Origin: Candidatus Odinarchaeota archaeon
GTDB lineage: Archaea > Asgardarchaeota > Odinarchaeia > Odinarchaeales > Odinarchaeaceae
Assembly (NCBI GenBank): GCA_016839265.1
Contig: JAEOUO010000004.1
Coordinates: forward strand, 223 to 32,222
Direction of reading: 5' to 3'
DNA: 32,000 nt
Below, in pieces: positions 17,595-26,600 of this stretch. Each line of letters starts with the position of its first letter. The stretch's first letter is position 1. The notes beneath the pieces are model-generated. The model saw nothing but the letters and a program-made list of their open reading frames with translations, ran no database searches and was not told where the DNA came from. The position numbers and the translations under genes are program-made.

Positions 17595-18109
17595 ATTAAA
17601 CTCTTCAACTCTTTTAAAACCATTTGTTTAACGTTCACCCAGTTACCTCGAGTTAACGTGTAAACTTTCGTATCAGCCCGCTTTTTCACACTCTCCGTGA
17701 AAGCGTTATCGTAGAGCATAATCGAGCCGAAAACTCGACCGGAATCCAAGCTAGCTGTTATAAAATCTCTGAAAACCTTAGATGATAACTCCATTCTCCC
17801 TATTTCATCAACCACTATTAAATCGTAGCCGCCGGTTTTAACCTCCTCCTCTAAAGCTTTCACAACAGTTTCAAGGTTATCTAAGAAAACACCGTATTTA
17901 CCTATGAATACACTGCTCTGCTTATTATCAACTGAAGCTAGCATACTCTCTAAGCCGGAGAATGTTCTAATCTTAAACCCTACGCGTCTACCCTGCTTTA
18001 AAACCTCTTCTGTTATGAAGCCTACAGTTTTTTTACCGAGCTCTTCAACCACGCTTTTAATCAACGTGGTTTTACCGGTTCTAGGCGCTCCGGTAACTAG
18101 AATATTCAT
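17591..18109 (-). CDS. THEP1-type NTPase (NTPase_1, COG1618)
   Basis: Walker A GAPRTGKTT, then GFITEEV, GRRVGF, GKYGV and VDEIGRMEL. Confidence 0.92.
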   Translation of the reverse strand: MNILVTGAPRTGKTTLIKSVVEELGKKTVGFITEEVLKQGRRVGFKIRTFSGLESMLASVDNKQSSVFIGKYGVFLDNLETVVKALEEEVKTGGYDLIVVDEIGRMELSSKVFRDFITASLDSGRVFGSIMLYDNAFTESVKKRADTKVYTLTRGNWVNVKQMVLKELKSLI

Positions 18110-18124
18110 CTCATAAACCCCTTG

Positions 18125-19576
18125 TTAAGCTGCAAGCTTCTTCAGAAACTTAGCGCATAAAGCAGCTTCATCCAGTGTCTTCTTCAACTCTCCCTCTTTT
18201 AATTCATAATCTTCTACTGTGAGCTCGCCGATTTCTTTTTTAGCTTTCAACAATTCTAATTCTTTTTTCAAAACATCGCTTAAACTATTTAAATCCGTAA
18301 GCTGCTTCTCCACGAATTTTTTAAATAACACGTTTTTCTCTTCAAGACGGGCTAGTTTCTCAGAATACTCTTTTTTTACTTGAAGGTAGGCGCTTTCACT
18401 AATCTTGCCTTCTCTTCTACGCTCCTCTAATACTTTAAGTCTTTTTTCTAATGTAAGCGTTTCTTGAACAGCACCCTCCCCTGGTAGCCTCTTATACTCT
18501 GAGTTTAAATCCCGCTCTAATTTATTTAATTCATCTATCTCGTTTTTAATTTTCTGAAGTTCAACTCTTAATTGTTTTAGATCTCCTCCAGCGTCTATTT
18601 TTAAAAGAATCCCATCTAGTATCTTCTCATATTTTCTTTTAGTAGCCTTCAATCTTTCAAGATGCTCTCTTAACAATACCTGTTTTTTTAAAACGTTAAA
18701 TGAGACCTCTTCTTCTTTAAGCTCTTCAATTATTAAGCGTGGTTTGATTTCAACCAGCCGCCGACCCTCCTCTACTATGCTTTTCAACCCGGTTCTCGGC
18801 GTGGCTCCTAAATCTTTTATTCTTAAAACTCTAGCTTTAATCCGTTTCACTTCTCCTTTTGAATAGAAAATAAACTCTTTATTCAAATTCATCAAATTAT
18901 TTTCATCTAAGCCGAGATTTCTAATATATGTGTTTAACGCGTTTAAATCCGCAGGCTCCTGGTGTCGTCCGAAAAACCTTATATTACACTGGCTGATAAC
19001 CTTCTTACTGATATCCGCCGGTCTCTGAGTAACCCATATAGAGTGCAACCCCCTCTTTCGACCTCTCTTCGCTACCTCCATAGAAAGATCTAAGAGTCTA
19101 CTATACCCCCCTCTCTCCGGGGCGATTATATGAGCTTCCTCCACTGCTAAAACACACGGCTTTTTCTCTAAACTAGCTGTTTTAAAAACGGCTTCAAGAA
19201 TCAGTGAATGTGTTTGAATCTGCTCGGAGGAGAGCAAATCCGAGGTGTCGAATAATAGGATTTGAAACTCCCCGCTGTAAACGCGCTTCACTATTTGAAT
19301 AGCGGATTCAAGGTTAAATCCTTCAAAGGATAGGTCTCCGCGGTTACCGCCTATAATAAGAGAAGAATACCAGTCTTTAAAAGCAGTATACTCCCCTTCA
19401 GGGTCTATTACAATAATAGGTATTTTTAAATCAGCTAATTCTTCTAAGATCACCTTAGCAAGATAGCTTTTCCCGCTACCAGACTGACCTGTGATGAAAA
19501 CTCGGAGCCCCTCCTCCTCATAACTGTTTAAATCAATCTGACAGTTTACACCGATATTTAAAATCAATAAAACCAT
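18125..19576 (-). CDS. HerA/FtsK-like ATPase (DUF87) lacking a HAS barrel, fused to a C-terminal coiled-coil (CdvA-like) region
   Basis: Motifs FITGQSGSGKS, IDPEGEY, Walker B LAVEEAH, arginine finger GRKRG, VTQRPA and SQC. The C-terminal ~200 aa are coiled coil with two G(K/E)(I/L)xxxxY motifs. Confidence 0.85.
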   Translation of the reverse strand: MVLLILNIGVNCQIDLNSYEEEGLRVFITGQSGSGKSYLAKVILEELADLKIPIIVIDPEGEYTAFKDWYSSLIIGGNRGDLSFEGFNLESAIQIVKRVYSGEFQILLFDTSDLLSSEQIQTHSLILEAVFKTASLEKKPCVLAVEEAHIIAPERGGYSRLLDLSMEVAKRGRKRGLHSIWVTQRPADISKKVISQCNIRFFGRHQEPADLNALNTYIRNLGLDENNLMNLNKEFIFYSKGEVKRIKARVLRIKDLGATPRTGLKSIVEEGRRLVEIKPRLIIEELKEEEVSFNVLKKQVLLREHLERLKATKRKYEKILDGILLKIDAGGDLKQLRVELQKIKNEIDELNKLERDLNSEYKRLPGEGAVQETLTLEKRLKVLEERRREGKISESAYLQVKKEYSEKLARLEEKNVLFKKFVEKQLTDLNSLSDVLKKELELLKAKKEIGELTVEDYELKEGELKKTLDEAALCAKFLKKLAA

Positions 19577-19660
19577 CTCAGAATGCTAATCTGAAAATAA
19601 ATATTTTTTTGTTGAAATAATAGTTTTCACGTTTAAATTAATCTTTCTAAACGATAAAAT

Positions 19661-20323
19661 TCAACACGATTTTAATCTTTTAACTAAGTTTAAAACACGT
19701 CGCTGAAAATCATTTAAATCTTTCACCGTGAACCTACCGGCTTTAACACCATCCCTGTCTAAATAATAGGATTTAACCCCCAGCTTTCTAGGAATCAAAT
19801 AATCTTGAATCCAGTTATCCCCTACATGCGCAACCTTATTCGCATCCACCTTCAACTCCATGCATACACGTTTAAAAACCCCTGGATCACTCTTCGTTGA
19901 ATTAAAATCAGTTGAAGCTGAGAACACCCTCCTAAAATATTTTCTAATACGCTTAGTAGTTCGCTCCAAAAACTCCACAGCGGAGTTCGAGACAATAATC
20001 AAATCAAATCTCTCAGCTAAACCCTCTAAAACCCTCTCAACCTCAGGGTAATAGGAGATAACACCCTCATACTTATTTAAAACCTCCTCGTAACCTGTTA
20101 AACCGAATCTATCAAACCAGTAACTTATCTGATACCATTCTACGCGTTGATCCCCAACCTTCTCATACTCCCCTATAATAAACTTCTTAGCCTCCTCGAA
20201 GCTAACCCCTTTTTTATCAGCATACAAGCAGGGAATCGCCTCCTCCCAGATTAAATCAGCATATCTTCTAGTCGCTAAAGTCCCGTCCACGTCAAAAGAT
20301 AAAACCTTCACCATAACATCCAA
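19661..20323 (-). CDS. HAD-superfamily hydrolase
   Basis: Motif I FDVDGTL, motif II VSNS, motif III K, motif IV HVGDN...D. Confidence 0.92.
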   Translation of the reverse strand: MDVMVKVLSFDVDGTLATRRYADLIWEEAIPCLYADKKGVSFEEAKKFIIGEYEKVGDQRVEWYQISYWFDRFGLTGYEEVLNKYEGVISYYPEVERVLEGLAERFDLIIVSNSAVEFLERTTKRIRKYFRRVFSASTDFNSTKSDPGVFKRVCMELKVDANKVAHVGDNWIQDYLIPRKLGVKSYYLDRDGVKAGRFTVKDLNDFQRRVLNLVKRLKSC

Positions 20324-20410
20324 CCACTAATAGTTTTCTATAAACCCGGCTTATAATATAAACCCCATAAGCGAAAATAGAGCATAAACACTTATAAAAT
20401 CTTAGACTAC

Positions 20411-20445
20411 AAAAAACAATTATAAAAAATTAAAAAATAAAAGTT
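20411..20445 (-). terminator. Probable oligo-U archaeal terminator after the Lrp-RAM gene
   Basis: The minus strand reads AACTTTTATTTTTTAATTTTTTATAATTGTTTTTT directly after the stop codon. Confidence 0.45.
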
Positions 20446-20676
20446 TTAGAACGGCAGAGTAATAGAACTTAACGTTCGAGTAACACCTGGAATCCCCTGA
20501 ATCTTCTCAATAATACCCTTAATACCCTCCATGTCATCCGCAGCAATCCTGACAATAATATCATACGGCCCTGTAATAGCGTAATACTCTTTAACACCGT
20601 CAATACCCTTCAACTTCTCTAAAACATCATGAATCTTACCAGTCTCAACCTCAACCAACATAAAAACAATCGCCAT
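20446..20676 (-). CDS. Stand-alone Lrp/AsnC ligand-binding (RAM) domain protein
   Basis: Motif IDGVKEYYAITGPYDIIVRI...IQGIPGVTRTLSSI. GGTGAG SD upstream. No HTH. Confidence 0.9.
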   Translation of the reverse strand: MAIVFMLVEVETGKIHDVLEKLKGIDGVKEYYAITGPYDIIVRIAADDMEGIKGIIEKIQGIPGVTRTLSSITLPF

Positions 20677-20705
20677 AAAAGATCACTCACCAAACATCAT
20701 TTTCA

Positions 20706-20760
20706 ACTCTCAAAGTGTGAGAACTCAAACAATAACCTCGAAATCTCACACTCCAAGAGC
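20706..20760 (-). other. Long hairpin / inverted repeat upstream of the Lrp-RAM gene
   Basis: Perfect 9-bp inverted repeat AGTGTGAGA (20714-20722) / TCTCACACT (20744-20752). On the minus-strand RNA it extends to a 17-bp stem with four G-U pairs. Confidence 0.55.
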
Positions 20761-20978
20761 GAAAAACTTTATACTATAATAACAATAATTAGCAATATAA
20801 TCTTATCGTTACCTATGTTCATAATTTCTCATTCAATTTTTAAACCAATTATATAAAAATGCTTTTATTCCAGACATAAAATTTGAATTATAAGAATGTG
20901 CAATTTCCCTAAAACGTGAAGATAGATTTTAGCGAGTTAAAACGTATTGAAATTTTAGTAATATAGAATTATTTTAAA

Positions 20979-22109
20979 TTATTTGCTTTTTCCTTTTACT
21001 GGTTCAAGATAGTTTTTTATCAAGTAGTTCCAGATCCGTTTTTCTTTCACCTCGATAAGTGTCACCTGCTTTCCCAATATTTTGATTATTTTCTTATCCG
21101 CTTTTCGAGGCCATTCCTCATACCATCTATACTTAACGTTTATTTGATGAGCGTAAGTTACGCTCTTCGATTTATTATAATAGTACTTAGATTCTTTAGT
21201 CACTTCAGCTATCCCTAAAACTCTGCACGCCGAATAAATAATGAAAACATCTCCCTCCGAGATTTGATTTTTGAAATTCCAGAGCTGATCGGTGGTATAT
21301 TTTATTTTAGTCTTTTCACCCCAAACTCTTTTAGCCTGTCGAGCAACTTCCCGTTTAAGTTCACTATATGAACTGAAACGTTTGAGGTCTCCCACTTCAT
21401 TCCATCCAATAGCTACGAATCCATCACCATTATCTTTAATAAATTGGAGCCATTCACTTTTCCAATATCGCGCCTTCTTGCCAGGGGAGATTTTCCAAAT
21501 TTTTTTAGGCTGGGGGCTTATTAATTTCTCTTTTATTTGAACAGGTGATGGCAAAGTATCTTCTTCACCCTTTATTTTAGAAGCTCTCTCGCTTATTTTG
21601 TTAGTTGCACTTGTATATTTTTTAACATCATCTTGAGTTAGATCTGGAGCCGTGTCAAAATAAAATTTGAAAAATTTTTCTGCATCTTTTAGAAATTCAT
21701 TGTTTTTCTCTTCTATTTTTACTAGTACATTTGCTTCCGCATTTTTACTCTGCGCAGCCTTAGTGAGGTTTGAAGAGCCGACCACTATAAATATCGACTC
21801 TCCATAGATTATGAACAGTTTTGGGTGAAAACCACGATTATCCCATCTTCTTATAGTGACCCCTTTTTTAGTTGAAAGCGTTAATAGAGTTTCCGCAGCC
21901 TCTTTATCTGTAATTCCAAGTTTACTAGATAAACCAAACACTATTCTTAGTTAACCACCTCTTTTAATCAACGAGTTAAAGCTTTCCATCAGCGCTTGTA
22001 ACCCGCTTTCTTTTACATAGGCTATTGCAACATCTACTCTAGTTGATTGACTAATTAATTTCGGTAGTTCCTCAGCCAGTGAAGGTCCGTCAAGAAATTT
22101 TATCTCCAT
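20979..22109 (-). pseudogene. PLD (HKD)-nuclease fused to an EVE/PUA-like domain, interrupted by one in-frame TAA; candidate Type IV restriction enzyme
   Basis: ATG 22109 (GGGGGT SD) encodes MEIKFLDGPS...VDVAIAYVKESGL...KRGG. TAA at 21953-21951 is followed in frame by LRIVFGLSS...HPKLFI...GSSNLT...NAEAN. The C-terminal domain has WKISPG, VAIGWN..GDL, GDVFIIYS..VLGIAEV. Confidence 0.8.
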
Positions 22110-22249
22110 AAAAACCCCCATCTTTATCTTTTACTATAATTTAAATTTATAACTTTTAAATAATTTTTATAGTTTCAAAATCCTTGATGATTTTTATAAA
22201 GAAGACCGCTAATTGTCTCATAGAAATTTATTGATTTATGTGGAATATT

Positions 22250-23302
22250 CTATTTAACTTCTAAAGTTAAATCGTTTTCTTGATATCCAAATAATGTCAG
22301 AATCTTTTTTGAAAGTTTAACAATAGCATTAGCACTAAGATTAGTTTCTACGTAAATATCTGTATTACTTATTTTTTCTGGGTGCCTTAACTCATTAGAA
22401 TTTTTAGAAAAATACGGTCTCTTTTTTCCTACCAAATTCAATACCATCCCAAATTGGTTTCTATGAGACAAAAACATGATTTCACATATCTTAATCAACA
22501 TTCCTACCCACGATTTTACTGGATATTTTTCACTCCTAAAAGTAAACGAGATAATCGACTTTCCCGTGTATTCTTCTTTTTCAGAAATTATAGGGGGGGC
22601 TGCCACTTTTGTTTTTGATGGTTTTACTAGTGTGGGGGTAGTAATAGTTTTTAAAAACTGTGCAATTGCTTCGCTATCTGGTTTATAACCGCATATTTTT
22701 TCTGTTGTAACAGACAAAAGTTCAACTAAAATCTCATCCTGCTCTTTTATGATCTTTTCCCAAGCTTTAGGAATACTTTCTTCAATTAATTCCTGTTTTC
22801 GTCGGTTTTTATAGATATTTTCAGCATTTTCTACAGCTTTACTAGAAATTATATTTTGCTTTGCAAGAAACATTTCAAATTTCTCTGCTATGTCTTTCGC
22901 GTCTTGTTCGCATAAATCAATGTTATAAAATTTTCTCTGCTCCCAACTTCCTTCAGTTAAAGGTAGATAAAACCACCAGCTGATCCCATTAGTGAGGATT
23001 GCAAGCTTAACCCCTTCTTTAAATGAATATTTTAAAAGCTGATCTTGATGTTTTTCTAAATCTTCACCAGGCTTCTTGACTTCAATAAAAACCTTGTTTT
23101 TATCACCACACCTGAGAGCGTAATCCACTTTACCGGCTTCAATAGGATATTCAGGATAAACCTCGTCTATATTATAAAAATTCCAACCCAAACAATCTAA
23201 AATTTTCAAAACCACAGCCTGCTTAACAGCCGCCTCATCAAAAAAACTAAGTCTACTATCTTGTTGAAAACTATTTATTAAATCAAATAACCTTTCATTC
23301 AT
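22250..23302 (-). CDS. HsdR-N-type PD-(D/E)XK nuclease with a SeqA-like C-terminal domain
   Basis: N-terminal EAAVKQAVVLKILDCLGW, VYPEY, VDYAL, FIEVKK, QLLKY, AILTNG.SW.FY. C-terminal LVGKKRPYF...HPEKISNTDIYVETNLSA. Confidence 0.8.
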   Translation of the reverse strand: MNERLFDLINSFQQDSRLSFFDEAAVKQAVVLKILDCLGWNFYNIDEVYPEYPIEAGKVDYALRCGDKNKVFIEVKKPGEDLEKHQDQLLKYSFKEGVKLAILTNGISWWFYLPLTEGSWEQRKFYNIDLCEQDAKDIAEKFEMFLAKQNIISSKAVENAENIYKNRRKQELIEESIPKAWEKIIKEQDEILVELLSVTTEKICGYKPDSEAIAQFLKTITTPTLVKPSKTKVAAPPIISEKEEYTGKSIISFTFRSEKYPVKSWVGMLIKICEIMFLSHRNQFGMVLNLVGKKRPYFSKNSNELRHPEKISNTDIYVETNLSANAIVKLSKKILTLFGYQENDLTLEVK

Positions 23303-23616
23303 CCTATCAAATCCTTAACTCTGTATGTCTTTTAAATATATACTTTTAAAATTATTTATATAAAATTTCTATGATTTCTATTTTATTAAACTGATTAATT
23401 TAATTTGCGCTATTACTTAGTTATAAACTTTTATAAATAAAATATTAATACTCCCAGCTAATAATTTTAATCAAATCTATTAAATTTTTAAATCTTAACT
23501 GTTACTTAGCGTTTGATAAAAAACTATTTTTATAGAATATAAGTTAAGTATGATCCTTTACCATGTTAATAAAAAATTATTTAATGTTGAAGAACTCTTT
23601 TATTAATGGGGATTAA
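23303..23616. promoter_or_regulatory. Very AT-rich divergent promoter region; candidate unwinding element
   Basis: Hand count gives 29 G+C in 180 nt (23341-23520, ~16%). Contains several TTTATA/TTTAAATATA boxes. Confidence 0.5.
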
Positions 23617-26600
23617 ATGACATTTACGCTGACAGAACCTACGGCGGCTTCTGAAATTAAGGAGCTTATTAATCAGATTATTCAGGAGGAGAATTTACCT
23701 TTAGACTCAGCAAAAGTGGAGTTAATGGATTCTAGAGGGCATAGACCCGACATAATTATATTCGATCGATTAAATAAACCAATATGCGCTATAGAAGTAA
23801 AACGTCCTTTTATATCCCCGTATCAAATTGAATTATTTGAACAAGCATTACAATACGCTAACACTGAAGGAATCCGTTTCTTCGCAACTTTTAATTTTAA
23901 CACTCTCGTATTATGGGAGACATTTAAAGAAGGGGTTCCAATTAGGGATAGACGATATAAAGAATATTTTACCGCTGATATAATTGATTTACACGATCTT
24001 CTACAGCTCTCAGTCAAGAATAATATCAAAAAGGGTCTTAGAGAATTTTTACAAGACTTAGTAAAACTTCAAGTGGCTAAAAAGACCGAGGAGATTCTGC
24101 CGACTCTTGAATTTGATAAAATCTTCATTGACTATCTTCATTCCCTTTTGAACTCAATGAAAATCCCTTTAGTTACTGAACTCAATAAAAAACTTGATAT
24201 TGATCCTGTTTTTAAAAATAAACTCTTAGAATGGTTAACTACACAAGGATGGGATTCTACATATATAGATGTTAAGGGCGTAATAGATGTTGTAGCCCGC
24301 CAGTATATTTTACTTCTCTTAAATAAGATAATGTTTTATAAAATTTTAAGCTCACGTTATAAAGAGATAAGACCACCTAATTACAAGCTTTTAAGTCTCC
24401 CAGATGAGTTACCTACATTGAAAATACCTGAAGATATCACTGATGGTGGTAATTTACAGCGCATTTTAAAGAGTTTTTTTGAAAAAGTTCTGCTCATAGA
24501 CTATGAAACAATCTACGAATCCGATTTCCTGGATGAGATTAAACTACCAGACCCCCTTGTGTCACCTATAAGAATACTTGTAAATGAATTTGATAAATAT
24601 GATTTCACCAAGATTGACTATGAGGTGCTCGGGAATATTTTCGAACGGCTAATACCTGAAAAAGATCGTCATCTACTAGGCCAATACTTCACAAGATCGG
24701 ATGTGGTTGACCTAATTGTTGCCAGCTGCGTTAAAAATAAAAATGATGTTATTCTCGATCCTGCTTGCGGGGCAGGGACATTTTTAATCCGCGCCTATTC
24801 CCGCTTAAAATATCTTGGTGCTGAAGGTCCTCACAGTAGTTTTCTAAATAAATTATGGGGTATAGATATAGCTAAATTCCCAGCCCACTTAACCACAATT
24901 AATCTTGCTATAAAAGATTTATCGGAAAGAAATAATTATCCAAGAGTGATCTGCTCAGATTTCTTCAAAGTTTCACCAGGGACCAAGATTTACTCACCTT
25001 ATTTTATAACTGAAGGATTAGATAAAAAAAATTCCCGGCATGAACTCCCCTCGTTTAATGTAGTTATGACCAATCCCCCTTATACACGGCAGGAGGAGAT
25101 GGAGGAGAAACTTGAAGAAGGATATAAGAATACCGTAATAGAATTAATAGCAAAAGAAACTGGGATGACACTAGGTAAAAGAAGCAGTATTTACGCTTAC
25201 TTTTTCCTGCATGGAAGCGTTTTTCTAGGCGATGGAGGTAGGCTTGGTTTAATCACATCAAACTCTTGGCTTGATGTAGACTACGGTAAATATTTACAAG
25301 AATTTTTCTTAAAGAATTTTAAAATAAAATATATAATCGACTCTAAAGTAGAAAGATTTTTCGAAGACGCAGATATTAACACAGCGATAACAATCCTTGA
25401 GAAATGCAGAAATCAAGAGGAGCGCGATAATAATATTGTGAAATTTGTAGAGTTGAGAAAGAAGTTGCCTGAAGTTCTCTCATATTTTGGTGACCACGAC
25501 ACTGAATACGAGAAATGGACGGATAAAGAAAGATGGGCGGCTGTAGATAAATTTTTAGCATACCTCGATAAAATAAGCGGCATCACTATAAATGAAGAAA
25601 TAGGAGTAAGAGTCTACCCTAAAAATCAGAGAGAATTATATGAAGAAGGCCTTGAAGAGGGAAAATATGCCGGCTCAAAATGGGGTAAATATATTAAAGC
25701 CCCAGATATCTTCTTTAAAATATTAGAAAAAGGAAAAGACTTATTTATTCCTCTAAAAGATATTGCGGATATTACAGGAGGAATTATAACAGGTAAAAAT
25801 AATTTTTTCTATCTTAGAGAGAGTCAGATAAGAAACTTTGGAATAGAAGAAAAATTCTTGATTCCAGTGATTAAAACTCCTAAGGAATTAGGAAAAATTT
25901 ATTTTACTAAAAAAGATCTGAAATACAAGTTGTTCTTTGTTACGGAGGAAAGAAATAATATTAAAGGAACTAATGCATTAAAATATATTGAATATGGTGA
26001 AAAACAAGGATTCAACACTAACCCAACATTCAAAGCGCGAAAACATTGGTACCAAATACCAGAATTGAAACAAGCTGAACTATTATGGATTGATTTAAGA
26101 GGGGAAAAACATATTTGCCATTTGAACGTCGATAATGTACCATTTGAACATAATTTCTATGGTATAAATCCAAAAAAAATAAATAAAGAACTCTTATGCG
26201 CCTATCTAAACAGCACTCTTTCTTGGTTATTTATAGAAGTACTTGGTAGAAGCAGTTTAGGAGAGGGTGCAATAAGGTTGGTTGGACAGGATCTTAAAAA
26301 TTTTCCTACAATATTGCTTAAAGAGGGGGTGCCCGACTCTTTAAAGATTCAAAAGATTTTTGATAAACTAAAACACAGGGAGATTGAAAGCGTGTTTAAA
26401 GAAGTCGGCGCGAATAAACCCGAAGAAGTTTCCTTAGAAAAAGTTAACCAAGATGTAAGGGAACTTGATAAGGTAATAATTGGTGAAATTTTAGGTTTAA
26501 CTGATGAAGAACAATTAGAGGTTTACAGGGCGGTTGTTGACCTTGTTAAGTCGAGGATAGAAAAAGCCAAGAGCGTTGAGAGAAAAAGCAATAAAGAAGA

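Noticed and set aside
20860-20880. TTCCAG as a possible ORB (origin recognition box) fragment
   Set aside because: It matches only 6 nt, lacks the TGGAAA half and G-string, and has no inverted partner.
21951-21953. Selenocysteine/pyrrolysine recoding of the internal stop in the PLD gene
   Set aside because: The codon is TAA, not TGA or TAG, and the position is a surface loop rather than a catalytic site.
25024-25031. A8 homopolymer in the Type IIG gene as a phase-variation tract
   Set aside because: The frame is intact, and runs of this length are common throughout this AT-rich window.
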